A stretch of 64,000 bases of DNA, taken from assembly GCA_013265495.1 (NCBI GenBank), contig MU062536.1:434001-498000 (forward strand). The letters are read 5' to 3'. This DNA comes from Vicugna vicugna (lineage: Eukaryota). The notes under the pieces were generated by a model. That model was given only the letters and a program-made list of their open reading frames with translations. It did not search any database and was not told the origin of the DNA. Below are positions 33,383 to 45,990 of this stretch, piece after piece (positions within the stretch are counted from its first letter, which is position 1; every line of letters begins with the position of its first letter). The translations under genes were made by a program, and so were the position numbers.

Positions 33383-35291
33383 GTGAGTAACAGTTTCAGC
33401 TTTTCATTTGTAAGAAGAAAATCTCCACAGGTTGAAGGGTTCACTGGATACTTAAATTGATACCCTCATTGTGGTTATATTAAGCTATGCAAATCTCTCC
33501 ATAATGCAACATGAAAATGCATTTTAAAAGCACATGCCAATGTATGGAGAGTCTTAGGTTTTACTCATCTTAGGAAGCACGTAATATTCTTAACAGCTGG
33601 TCACATTTATATGAAATTTGAACACGCTTTGCATGGAGGTTATAGTTGATAATGTTACCTTATTCCACAGTCTTTTGAACCTGTCTTATCTCTTTCTGCC
33701 AAAATGGTGATCTGGAAAGCTAAAGGTAATATAGATTTTACTTAAATCACTGTGGAAACTTAATAATTGCTGAGAAAAATAACCTTACTAATAAGTTGGG
33801 TATTTTGTGGGCGAAAGAGTGCTTTTAAACCTACAGGCGAAGTTGGTAAATTAATTAATACTCAATATTTATTCCAAGCAACCTGATGACTCTTCTCTTT
33901 GCTCCCTGAGGGAGAGGACCGTGCATTAGTCTATTTTACCAGACTGCCTAGATTACTAATTGCTTAAGAAATGATAATTATATAGATTATTGGATGGACA
34001 AATAAATGGTACAGACAGAGTACAATGAAATCATGAATGATTTAGGGATAGGATGATGAATGAGTGATAAGTACTTGTGAATCCAGTACATCATAGTTTT
34101 CAGTGTAGAAGATCATTCTTTTCTCACTCCCTTATCTAGGGAAGAAGGTAAAAGGCACAGAAAGACATCTCAGTCCTGATTGGGAAAATCCTTAGTCTCA
34201 TCAATCTCCCAGGGATTTCAAGAGAGTGTTCAAGCAAATATTTAACACCAGTCCCAAAGCAACAAATGAGGAATACCCCTCAAAATGATATGGTTTGGGT
34301 AAAAAAATGTAATTAGTTGGATAATCCAAATAAAAGACCATTGTTAGCTATCAGTCAAAAGAGGGAGGGAAGAGAAGGATGAAGGAGAAAAAACAGGGGT
34401 CTTCTGAGGAAACACCTAAAAACAGAATTACATATGAGAAAAAGCTACATTTCTTCACTACTCGTAAGTTAGAGTTTTAAACAGCTGAACACTTTAAGAC
34501 CATGTGTGTTTACTTTTTCTCTCCTCGTAGGCAAACACAACAAAACAAAATGTTCTTTCTTCATAAAATAAATTCTAACCTTGGGATCTTGTGATGTTTT
34601 ACAGGAGGCGATGAGAGTTGACAGAGTTAAAATATACAATTCAGAGACTTTAGAGGTTCAAAAATGATTGGTTCTTTGGGAACGGTACCTCCTAAATGAA
34701 CCACCATTTAATTGGAAACAGAAAATGTCATTGTTAAAAGTTACAACAGACCTGCTCCTCTAGGCACGTGTGTTCAAGTGTTATTCGCACATACTTAGCA
34801 GGTTCTCTGGTGAGCTTGGTGTGGCCGTGTCCCTGCCCCCTTTCCTCCCTTGGCATGTGGCATGTACTTGAGCTATAAATCTGTCCTTAAAATTTTAAAA
34901 CCTAAGCATCATATTCATAATAATAGCTCCTTTATTTCCACGTTTGCTGGATGAGAGAAAGTAGGTCTTCAAAATAGTGAAACCAAAGCATAGTATTGAT
35001 TACTTCATATACAAACCTTATTCTTTTATTTCAAGCAAAATCTAAATGTTTTACAAAGGGAAGTCCTGCAGACATCGGTGGTCAATTGGCAGAAGATCAA
35101 TCAGAGAGAAACAGGGATATTTAAATGGCAGCAAACCAATAGCAGGTGAGGTTTTTGTAACTTGTTGGGGTTTTTTGTTTGTTTTTTTCAGGGAGGAATT
35201 ACAGAGCAAGGAACAAAGAGAAGATCAGGTCTTAAACTTCAAACTCTGGGCTGAAATCATGGGATCTCAATCACATCACACTGTCTCCCCT

Positions 35292-35749
35292 TGTTCCAGA
35301 TATCCATTGCTGCATAACAACCATTCCAAAATTTACTGGCGTAAAAACTATAAGCATTTCATGATGCCCACAATTTTGTGGATCAGGGATTTGAGTGAGG
35401 CACAGTGTGGAATGGCTAATCTTTGCTGCACAAGGTCTGGGGTCTCAGCTAAGGTGGCTTGGGTGGCTGAAGTTGGCTGGGCCTTCTCAACTGGGTCACT
35501 TCTTTGGGGTCTTGGTCCAGCCTAGTAAGTGGCTTCATTGATTCCACTTAAGTGGGGCTTCTTACATAGAGGCTGGCTGCCCCAAGAACAAACATTTTAA
35601 AGGCAGTTTGACCTAGTCTTAGAAATTCTAGAACATCACTTCTACCCCCAATCTATTGGTCAACCAAATCACTAAGACAAGATCAGATTCAAGAAGATGC
35701 ACATCTCAAATGGAAAAGTAAGATATGTGGCCATCTTCAATGTACTACA
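35292..35749 (-). mobile_element. MLT1 (H/I/J-type) solo LTR with intact 5-bp TSD
   Basis: TG...CA termini; tgttccagatatccattgctgcataacaacc start; TSD cccct at 35287-35291 and 35750-35754. Confidence 0.9.
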
Positions 35750-36309
35750 CCCCTCCCTCACAGTATAATCCCATACAATTTTTAAAGCTTTGTAACATTC
35801 TTTTGTTTTAATTGTTTTTAAGGTAGAAGAAAAATATGTGGCATAATCAAACCAAAAGATTCATTATCTTCCATTTTAAGAATATTCTCACCCTGATGGT
35901 TCCTACTGAAATGGGGAAAAGATAATTATTGGTAAGGCTGCTTGTCTAGTCAACATGTTTACTTTACAAGATATAAGTATAAATACAATGGAACGCAAAA
36001 TCAAGTGTATAAATCTAGCATATTTTAATCCACCTAAAAATGTAAAGATCATTATTCTACGGTAATTGTGACCTTCCAACTTTCTATGTTTTCCCTCATT
36101 CAGAACACTCTGGGCTTATCTAGTAAAAGGGTCTGTAATTTCTTCTTTTAGGATGTATCTAAATGTGCTGTGATTAAAGGGGTTGTGCCTCAAATGTGTT
36201 CTAATTCGGCTGTATCTGTGATTTTTGCAATTGGGCTCTTATGAACTCTGACAATAAGTAAAAGCTTGCATGGAAATTATACATACTGAGCTTTTAGTCT
36301 GTGCGAGGA

Positions 36310-36530
36310 AATATTTTAAGCACTTAATACCTATTAACTTATTTAAATCTCAAAAATGGCTCTAGGAGGTGAATAGTGGTATTACCTCTGTTTAACAAAT
36401 AAGATTTCTAAAACACAGCAAAGACCTTGCCTAAGACCACAAAGCCAACAACAGGCAGTTCTGGGATTCAAATTCAGACAGCTAGCTTTACCCGTTGTTC
36501 TAACCACCATGGTATACTGGGTAAGCTGTT
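36310..36530 (-). mobile_element. MIR
   Basis: ttttaagcacttaatacctattaacttatttaaatctca...ccttgcctaagaccacaaagc...ctgggattcaaattcagacag...tctaaccac. Confidence 0.75.
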
Positions 36531-38031
36531 CGGGTATTCCCAAAAGTTACAGCTGGAGACAAAATGACCTAATTTCTTTCACTGTGATGTGTTCTGTATC
36601 TAAAATTCTGAGGGACAAATTCTTTACTTTGTCTCTGTAACCTAAAACCAGTCACAGACAGAAAATATAATACGGGAGTACATTTTGTATTGTTTCTAAG
36701 TAAGGGAGTAGTGAGACATGTATTAGAACATATTTTGGCCATCTGTACTTAGAGCCACCTGACCTGGATTTAGCATTAAAATCCTGCTGGGCATTAGGGA
36801 CCCACTCATGCTAGATATTGTTATTTATATTCAGTTTCTCCAAGAAATGAAGAATAATCCTCATAAATAAGTGTCGAGGATTTTAAGAGCCTACACTTTC
36901 CGTTGACATATACACACAACGGAAGGCACGGGTCACTGTATTGAGCTAAAAGCACAAGGTGACTTTGACCATTTCTAGTGCATCCCTGGACAGATCCCCG
37001 TTATCATTAGCAGACTATGCGTATAGAAGGGCAACTCTCAAATGGATGATTTTAGTAGAAGATTAAATAAAGCGCCATCGGATACAGTTCTAGATGACCG
37101 GGTAATGGACCAGACTGCACGAATGTCAGTGTTAGTGTGGGCCTTTCAGTAGCTGCGGAAGTGTTTGTCATCTCCCCTTCTGAGAAGATACAAGAAAAGT
37201 AACAACAGAGAGTGAAAATCAGGAAAGCCACATCAGGATAGACATGGGCCAAAGACTGAATGGAAAACCAGAGACGTGTAGATGCAGGGCATGGAGAGCA
37301 GTGAGGGTGAACAGGGAACTCTCACGACTTGGGGGGTTTGAGAACAGTAGGAACGTTCTCTATGATCATCTTGCCTATTGTCATTTGTCACATCATCAGA
37401 GGGCAGGTGTGGGGCTTTCCTAAAGTCCATAGGCTCCTATAATTAATTGCTCCAGAACTACATCCCTCAGAGGGCCCTGTGGGACAGCTGAGAGATGCTA
37501 GCGTGGCATCTTTAGTGGTAACTTTAGTGGCAACCTTAGAACAAGGTCATAATGCTTTAGAAGGCTAATCTTAATCATCATTAATATTTATGTCTGGTGA
37601 GTTACTTTCCTTGAACAGAAAACCAGATCTAAACATCTGGGACCTTCTCTTCCTGGGTCAAAAACAACCAAACCAAACAAAAACAAAAACAAACCTCTGG
37701 ATAAAACAACTCTCTAACATCCCTTTCTGAGATAAGAATTCTCATTTTTCTAATTTTCTCTTTGGGCTTGAGCCTTCTTGCTGTACACCTCATGGAGCTT
37801 CAAAACTTTCATAATCAAGTCTTAGCCACTCGGTTGAAGAGTAAATAGGGGCTTAAGCTCACTCATTATAAATTCAGTTAATACTGGAATTCTGGAAGCT
37901 GGAGCGTCTTTGGGGAACCTAAGTGGGTAGAATGCATATATTTCACTTTGTGCCTTTTATTTTCTGAGTTTAAAAAAAAACTTACTTTTTATACTGCCTT
38001 ATATTAGCCTCTCTAAGATAACTTGAACCAT

Positions 38032-38186
38032 NNNNNNNNNNNNNNNNNNNNNNNNNNNNNNNNNNNNNNNNNNNNNNNNNNNNNNNNNNNNNNNNNNNNN
38101 NNNNNNNNNNNNNNNNNNNNNNNNNNNNNNNNNNNNNNNNNNNNNNNNNNNNNNNNNNNNNNNNNNNNNNNNNNNNNNNNNNNNNN
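38032..38186. other. N gap (155 nt) in non-repeat-looking DNA
   Basis: Run of N. Confidence 1.
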
Positions 38187-39447
38187 TTTTTTAAACTGTA
38201 TTAAAATGCCCAGTTTAAATTACAGAATACAGTTCCATTTATGAGGCTCTAATGGGAGTTTCTGCAGCAGGATTTGTTTTTTATAATGCTTCGGAAATAC
38301 ATTACAAAAGAAAATAATTAATAAACAAATTCTTAACCAAGATTTTAAATTTATGTGCTGATGGAATTTCTTTAAAAGTATTATATTTCAAAGATTATCA
38401 CAATTTTCTATGCATTCTAGCCACAGCAGAGCGGGGTCTCTTTTCTCTGTTGCTTCAACAATCCCCAAACAGGAGAAGACAACAATAACCAATATGTATT
38501 TGCTTCATTTAGATGGGTGGTACTATGCCCTGTGCTTTAAATTATCTTAGTGAGTCTTGCAAACAACCCTGAAATGAATTACTTGTATTTCTCTCTGCTT
38601 TATACTCACCTACCCGTCCCACCACTTAAATGTCTCCCTAATCTTCGGGGTAAACTTGAATGCTAAGAAACAGTTTGAACTCTATTCTGAAGTCACCAGG
38701 TTGATAGTAAAAGTTTGAGGATTCTGTAGTGATACAACCAGAAGAGAGCTCCAGGAGGATAAATCTGAGATTCAACAGTCAGATGCAATTTCGACTGCAG
38801 GGACCGTTGGGTAGAAAGCCCAACAAGGGCCATTGCAATGGTTGAATTATGACATAATGAGCCCTGCAACTCTAGGAGAGGGAGGACACGGGAGGAAGCA
38901 GTGACAAATGAACTGTGGGGGCATTAGTGCCTGGACCAGAGGGGCCTGTGAAAGAGAGAAGGCTAGATGAACGGACTCTGTAATGAAAGGTGAGAGTGTT
39001 AACAGAAATAGTGTGGATGAGTAAGACAGAAGATGGTGGTGAGACTACTTTTAGATATACTGGTGTAAAGTTCTTGTAAAACCTGCAGGTAGAAAGGCCT
39101 GACTTTCCTTTTTGACCAGAAGAGTGAAATGAAAACACTGTTACTTATGAAGGCAAATCAGGGAAGGACAAAGGGAAAGACAAAGAGGGGAGGGAAGAGA
39201 TGTAGGTGACAGGGGACTGTCTCCTACTTTACTATGTACAAGGGAAGGGTCTCCATCTTTTCTGCACTGTCAGAGCATCTGCTGTTCAAAAAGAAAAAAA
39301 AAAAAGGATTGTGACTTTATCAAATCACCCAGTAGGACGGCCCTTTCAACAAATCAAATGAATAATTAAAACTCTCTGGAAACCACAGTCAGAGGGGCAC
39401 AGAACACTCCTTATCATTTACTTTAACCACATACATCTGCATCAGTT

Positions 39448-39540
39448 CAAAATAAAAAAAGGAGAAAGGGAAGGAGGGAAGGAGGGAGGGAGGGGAGGGG
39501 GAAAAAAGGAAGAAAGAAAACAACAGGAAAGAAAGAAAAA
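39448..39540. repeat. GA-rich low-complexity tract
   Basis: ggagaaagggaaggagggaaggagggagggaggggagggggaaaaaaggaagaaaagaaaa. Confidence 0.85.
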
Positions 39541-40569
39541 CCTGTTTTCCTTTGGCTTTGCTGCGAAATTAGTGGCAAATTAGATTTGTTAACTCTTGTG
39601 GAGTTCACAGTAGGGCTTAGGAGAAAGCACATAATTTGCATATTTCTTTCCCATGTGTGTAGATATCTAATCTTTCAGTACACTGCCACTTCTTTTTATG
39701 TTTTCTACTAATTGATATTCAGGATGATACTGAAATGGGCAAGGTTACTTGATTACCATTCAAAATCTATTTTTAAGGCATTCCTTTAGTAAGATACCTA
39801 TGGGGTAAGCAGGATCCCTTGATTGCTGCTGGCTTTCCCACACAGACAGGTGACACGTACACCTACTCAAAAGAAAACCAGCCCCCACCTTCACCTCAAG
39901 CTTCTCTCCTCCAAGGACCCTCTGTGACTATGAGGAATGTCTGGTTTCTTGGCAGAACTATTTTTTTCTTTCCCATCCAAGATACAGATTTCCAATGCTC
40001 TGTTTTCTTTGGTAGTTTGTATGTCTTAGAATGAAATTACCAGCTTCTGGAGCCATTTTGAAACTCTCTGTCAAGTATTAACATTTTGAGATTGGTGAAC
40101 AACCACAAATATTTATCCAGCAGCTATCGAACCCTTTGCACCTTCTAAACACGATGATGTGATAAAGAAAGCTCATTCGATCCAATTCTGCAATTCTTTG
40201 TCTGCTTGGGTTTCCTAATATAAATTTAAATGTCAATTATGTAGGCACTAAAATGAGATTAAAATGAAGCAAAGACCAGAGTAACTATGCAGAAAACTTA
40301 GACCTCAAATGCAGGTGTTTGAGGCAAAAGTGAGAGTGGTCTTTTATTCCCAGAAGGTTCAGTGGTTTTTTGGGGTTTTTTTTTTTGAAGTGATCTAAGA
40401 ATACTCTCAACTTTTCTGCATACCACCTGAATGACTATCTCATTGGTGGGCTCATTCAGGTATCCAGTTTTTTCCTCAACTATGAACTCCCCTCATGAAA
40501 AAAACAGAGTAACAGGATGGAATTCAAATATTTCTTTCTCTGAGAAAGTTCTGCATAGGCAGCACAGAA

Positions 40570-40990
40570 TGGTGGAAAGAACACTAGTTTGAGAATTTTT
40601 TTTAAAAAAGCTGAATATTAATCCCAGCTCTGCCCTACAAGCAGTTCGTCATTGTTCATCCCCTCAGCAAACACCTGTTGAGCACCTGTAATATTGCAGG
40701 CATTGTGTTAAGTTCTGGAGGTGGGAAGATGTAAAAACAGTTCCTAACACTAGGAAAAGCGGATGTGCACTCAGGCGCGATTCACTGCGTTGAGCTCTAG
40801 AGTGAAGATACACACACACAGTCACAGGAATGAGATAAAGCCCCTCAAAGACTGTCCCTGAAGAAAGAGGGAACATTTTGGCTGAGATCTGAAAAGAGAG
40901 TAGAGGTCTTAATGTCTTCCCTCCCATCATCTGTAAAATGAGAGGCCTGTGTTTCTCCTACGACTTCATCAAGGGGGTTACTCTGCATAA
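40570..40990. mobile_element. MIR (+) apparently split by an L2 3' fragment (-, about 40650-40905)
   Basis: MIR start ggtggaaagaacactag...aatcccagctctgcc; L2 cagcaaacacctgttgagcacc...gctgagatctgaaaagagag; MIR resumes catcatctgtaaaatgagagg. Confidence 0.55.
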
Positions 40991-41189
40991 CACACAAGTC
41001 AAGGGATCTAGTCCAAGGTCTGGCACTGAGTCGGTTCTTCCGTAACTTCCTTTCCGCTAATCTGGCTGAGAAGTCTCTGTGTTCGGTCCACTTATGCATT
41101 TTCTATAGCTTTCTTCCCATCTGAAATGGACTTTGATAACGTGCAGTGGAAGACTCTAAGTTTCCCTGATGTTCTGCTTTGAGTTTTTC

Positions 41190-41340
41190 TAGTTAGTTGG
41201 TGTGTATACCTCTTCCGCCTCCCCCAGCCAGACTGTAAGTTGCTACAGGACCAAGCCCACCCCATATGCTTCCTTAGTATCCCCCTTACTGCTTAGCATG
41301 ATGCCTGTACACAGTAGGAGTCTGATTAGCACTGAAGAAG
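41190..41340 (+). mobile_element. L2 3'-end fragment
   Basis: ccagactgtaagttgctacagg...gtatcccccttactgcttagcatgatgcctgtacacagtagg. Confidence 0.65.
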
Positions 41341-43707
41341 GAAGGAAAGCAGGGGCAGGCATGAGGCTTGTTCTCAAACTGTATTGAACTGGATCAACAA
41401 GTTGACTAGATGTAAATAGCAAACAATAACAAATGTTTCAAAACTGAAAACATGTTATGACCAGCAAACAGTAACACTCAGCCTGAAAAACGAATTCTCT
41501 GTTTACTGCCATTTTTGCTGATTGGGATCTTTAAAAGTCAGACTTCTTAGCATGCAGGTTTACAGTTATGCTCTGAGCTCCGAGCCTTGTCATGTGCTGT
41601 CATTTTACCTCTAGGGACTTATGTCTGACTCTGGCTAGTAAGTGCCTGTAGGGCAGAATGGCAGTGCCGTTCTTTCCTGTTTCACCAGCAGATGACGGTG
41701 GTATTATTATTTCCACAGTCAGTGTGGTGATGGTTGTTTGAACCTCATCACGTCTAATAGAGAAAAAAATAAAGGAATTAATATTTGAAAACTCCATGTA
41801 TCGTGTTTAGCATCATTATTGCCATCTTTATGGCAAGCGCTTTGACATTTAAGTGAGTTTCCATTTACAATATTGCCACCATAATCTCCTCATTTTGTAA
41901 TTGCTTTTGGATACTTATAAGGTTTAATTTCTGATATTACCTCTCAATAAAAAAAAGAAGTCATGTATTAGATTTATGGAAAATTATCCTGGGGATTTTA
42001 GATTGTTACTTTAACGTTGGAAGAGCTCAGTACAGCAGTAAGTCCTTCTGTCAGCAGCTATGGCCTGCATGAGTTACACGAATTTCTTGGGCTATACAGC
42101 TGTGGGAACTAATTGCATTCTGGGGGTAGCAACTCCTGTCTTGGGGTTGTAGAATAAATGCATAATGAAGTATTCTGAAATAAGCAGCTTGTCTGGCTCC
42201 CTCTGACTCTGGAGTGGAGACAGGACATCTGCCCCAGCGCACTTTCCCCTTCTGGAGCCCTGACAGAGAGCACCACTCAAGTGTGGGGTTTCCACTTGCT
42301 GGCAGCATGTCAGCCAACTAAGGAATACATTTGAGAGGGCAGCCAACCAAGACAGTGCCATCTGACAGCTTTGTTCCCACGTGATGGATTGGCCAGGAGA
42401 TCAGCAAGGCAGAGATCAGACATGGTCTAAACATCCAGCTATAGAACCTGGTGTTTAGGAAGGGGGAAATTTCTTCTGTTTGGCCAATGGATTGGAACCC
42501 AGTACAGAGACAGGGTTTTTTCCCCCCCGTCAAAAACATTCTTAAATTAACATTATAATGGTTTCTGAGCAGCCTTACAAAGCCTAGATCTTTCTTCCAA
42601 CTGAAATCATTCTGCTTCATCATCTATATCCACTGCAAAAAAAACTATGTCCAAGCCCCTGCAATGCTATAGGGTTCTCCTGAGGATAGCTTACTCGTCT
42701 TTTGTATCTAATGATCCATACTTAGCTACTTCCCGGGCCTAATATGAGTATTATCTTAACTTACCAAAAGCTGAGTTAGTTGGTATTCAGTTTATTCTGG
42801 ATCATAAAATATGACTTCTGAGGACACCAAAAATAAGGAGTCGAAGGCAGAAATCTGAATAACTAAGACTTTTTTCTTCTTGCATAGTTCTGCAGTAAGT
42901 CCTATAGAAAGAGTTTTTCCCTGCAATCTGGCTTCTCTCTGCATGCCAATCTGTGTGCTCAGTTCTGTAAATAGGAATGTTATGGATCAAACAAGTTATG
43001 TAAATACACCTTTGCTTTCAATGTTGAGAAACTAAATTTAACAAACTTTGGGAAGGAACAAAAGAGGAGGTGTGTGACATGATGAAGCAAAAGAAATGTT
43101 CCTAAATGAATAAAAATCAAGTAACTATTTGCCTCAAACAGGATAACCAAAGCAATTTGGGAGCCTGGACCATGATAAACTTCAGTAAATCAATTTGTCT
43201 GCCTGACTTGAGCATCTGATCCATGTTAGATGTTAGAAGAAATCTAGCAAGACAATGGAAGAAACAACGTAATGTTGCCAGTTAGTAGTTTTCTAACAGC
43301 CTCGGAGTTTTAAAAAAATCATTCCTGCTTTTCAGTTAATATTTTAAGGATTATAAGTATAATCTGTTGATCATCTATTCAATAATTTACATGTAGATCA
43401 TAGTGAAAACGTTCTGCAACTACCATTTGAGACGGGGTATCTTTACATTTCAGTGAAAAACTAAAGAAAAACCCTGCAGCTTTCAGCTGTCAGTTCAGAG
43501 GAAGTTTCCTTGAGTTTCTGAGGCCGGCAGACGACTATCTCCTCTGCCTGTCCATTTCTATAGCAGCTTTGTTGTGTTTCACGATGATAGTCTCACCCCC
43601 TTGAGACGAGCCATAGGAAAGCTACAATAGAAGCATTATTTGTATTGTTTGGTTTTGTATGAGACACACATTGGGAAACCACTACTTCGTGGAACAGCAT
43701 TTGCAGG

Positions 43708-43726
43708 AGGTCTCCAGGGGGCACCT
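43708..43726 (+). promoter_or_regulatory. Moderate CTCF-like motif
   Basis: tctCCAGGGGGCACc versus consensus CCASYAGRKGGCRC; 5' part imperfect. Confidence 0.35.
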
Positions 43727-43742
43727 CTTACCAATCTCGCTG

Positions 43743-43882
43743 NNNNNNNNNNNNNNNNNNNNNNNNNNNNNNNNNNNNNNNNNNNNNNNNNNNNNNNNNN
43801 NNNNNNNNNNNNNNNNNNNNNNNNNNNNNNNNNNNNNNNNNNNNNNNNNNNNNNNNNNNNNNNNNNNNNNNNNNNNNNNNNN
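43743..43882. other. N gap (140 nt) in unique-looking DNA
   Basis: Run of N. Confidence 1.
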
Positions 43883-44048
43883 CCAGAGACCGGCTGCAAT
43901 GACAGCCAAATCATTACAGGATAAAACAAATGCCCCCCATTAGCTGAAGATGTACTTCAAAAATTCTTCGAGAAAATGTTTATTCTTCCACCGACAAATA
44001 AAATAAGGTAATGGAAAAATATAAAATAAAACAGAGAAAGATCTAAAA

Positions 44049-44225
44049 CAAGTCAACAAATTTTCTCAGTAAAAAGCTTTCCAGGGCACAACTACTCAGC
44101 TCTGCGGTTACAGCGAGAATGGAGCCACCGGTAACAATGTGAGCAAGTGGGCATGGCGATGTTTCAGTCAAATTTTATTTATAAAAGAGGGTTTGACCCA
44201 GGGAGCTATAGTTTACTGACCACCG
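44049..44225 (+). mobile_element. MER58A-like hAT-Charlie element with internal deletion
   Basis: cacaactactcagctctgcggttacagcgagaatggagcc...gggcatggcgatgtttcagtcaaattttatttataaaag...atagtttactgaccaccg; partial TSD atcta on both sides. Confidence 0.8.
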
Positions 44226-44234
44226 ATCTACTTT

Positions 44235-44335
44235 CCAATCCAGCTCCTCACTCTAAAGTTGAGGAAAGCCTAAAGTAAGTAAGTGAGTCGTCAGGTCTAA
44301 AATCCAGGTCTTCTGAGGTTGAGTCTTTCCGAAAG
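44235..44335 (-). mobile_element. MIR fragment
   Basis: gttgaggaaagcctaaagtaagtaagtgagtcg...ctaaaatccaggtcttctga. Confidence 0.5.
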
Positions 44336-44594
44336 TGCCATGGTCACAATGCTCCCGTGTCAAATGATGCTTGCAAAATTGGGAGGTTAACACAGAACAC
44401 CTGGGAGGTCTGCTGCCTCTGAGTACTTATTCCTCCAGAACCATGTGAGGAAAATCATCCTCTCCCCACTTACTAACAAAATGACTTGCAGCTTAGGTGT
44501 GGTGGAAAAAAAGAGTGTATTTGGAATCAAAAGTTTTGAATGTGCACCATCATGGGTCTGATTCACCAGCGGTGTGTGCTCAGGCACATCAGGA

Positions 44595-44700
44595 TGTTCA
44601 TGGCTTTCATTTTCCTTATCTCTAACTGTCAATATTTAACTCAATAGGAATCTTGTCAGGATCAAATGAGAAAATTTGCCTAAATAGCCTTTATTAATTA
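44595..44700 (+). mobile_element. MIR fragment
   Basis: ttttccttatctctaactg...actcaataggaatcttgtcaggatcaaatgagaaaa. Confidence 0.55.
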
Positions 44701-45774
44701 CAAAGGACTACTCAAATTTGAGCTATGTCAATATATCAATAAAATATAGAGTTAAATGAATGGCTGCCTTCAGGTAAGCTGTGATCAATGGATTATGGGA
44801 TGGGTTGTGATAGGCAAACACAAGTCCCATGTGTGCATAAAACACTCGCTTTTATGCTACTTAACACCTCCAGATTATAGCACTTAGTCTTGATAAGCAC
44901 ACTTGTAAATATATTATAAAGAGTGTAATAAACTGTATCTCTAATCATGGGGGTGTCAAGATAGAATACTAATTTTTTTAAAAACTACTAAAATTATACA
45001 CTCTGTTAGGTTAAAGAATAAATAGCCTTTTTATATTTGAAAGAATGTCTGTCACTATGCCTCTCAACTTGGGGCACAAATCAGTAGTCCTATATTCACA
45101 GATTACTTGCCGAACCAGGGTGTGTAGGAAACTTCCCAGGGCTGGCTGATAAGAATTTCCGAATGCTTCTGGCTCCTCATAGTTCACAAACATTTGCTTC
45201 TCTAAAGTCACAGTAAAACCAGGGCATCATTTCCTTGAGAGGTGCTCTATAAGGACGTTGTGAGATAGTGAAAGAAAGGACAGCATTGCTCTATGACCTG
45301 TTTTTGGTTGTCTCTTTGTGCTGATTGTGATAACTTGCTTTAGGGAGCATTCTAGAGTCTATTGATTTGTTTGCTTTGATTCAATAGTCTTTTTAGAGCT
45401 ACTCTATTCTTATCGTTCATTTTTGTTCTGTAACACCAAAAAAGACATCAAATCTATTATAATTAAAAACAAACTATTTTTTTTTGAAGAAATATTTTTA
45501 CTGCCCATTGTTTCCAATAGTGTCTGTGAAATCTACCGGCCTAAACATTATGGGTCATTGCAATTCTGAAAGCCAGTCAACTCCCAGCCTGACCCAATCA
45601 AGATCCGTCTAGAGGCATCCTCGGTATGTGAAGTCTGTAAGGATGGGGAAGTGGTGTTAGGGAAAAAGGAGGGAGTGGAAGGCAAAGCAGAAAAGGCATG
45701 GAAGACACCCTATATTCACTCAAGCCCAGCGACGTCTGTGAGACAGAGCACAAATTCACGGAACCACGCATAAC

Positions 45775-45990
45775 ACACTGGAGTAAAGAGCCCTGGTCTA
45801 CTTCCAAATATACCACTAATGTTCTGGGTGCCTCTGTGCAAATCACTTTACTCTCTGGGTCTCCATTTCCTCACCCTTACTTCTAGAGGGTATGAACTGC
45901 ATATCCAGTCTCCTACCTTTACTGTTTTACAGATTCATGACTCCAGGTATTTCCACAGGGATTTAGTAGAATCGTTACATAAAGTAAAAC
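45775..45990 (+). mobile_element. MIR/MIR3 fragment(s)
   Basis: ggagtaaagagccctggtc...gcaaatcactttactctctgggtctccatttcctca. Confidence 0.55.

Noticed and set aside
35046-35525. 159-aa ORF, the longest ungapped ORF in the track
   Set aside because: It runs into an antisense MLT1 LTR with an intact TSD, has no domain-like content and shows no splice or Kozak support.
37052-37252. 66-aa minus-strand ORF with a signal-peptide-like start
   Set aside because: It is short, has no promoter, poly(A) or splice context, and I recognise no homologue.
372-38186. Two N gaps of identical length (155 nt), both flanked by t...tttt
   Set aside because: The first replaces a similar length of expected L1 sequence, so it is not a masked inserted element. 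The equal length is most likely coincidence or an assembly estimate.
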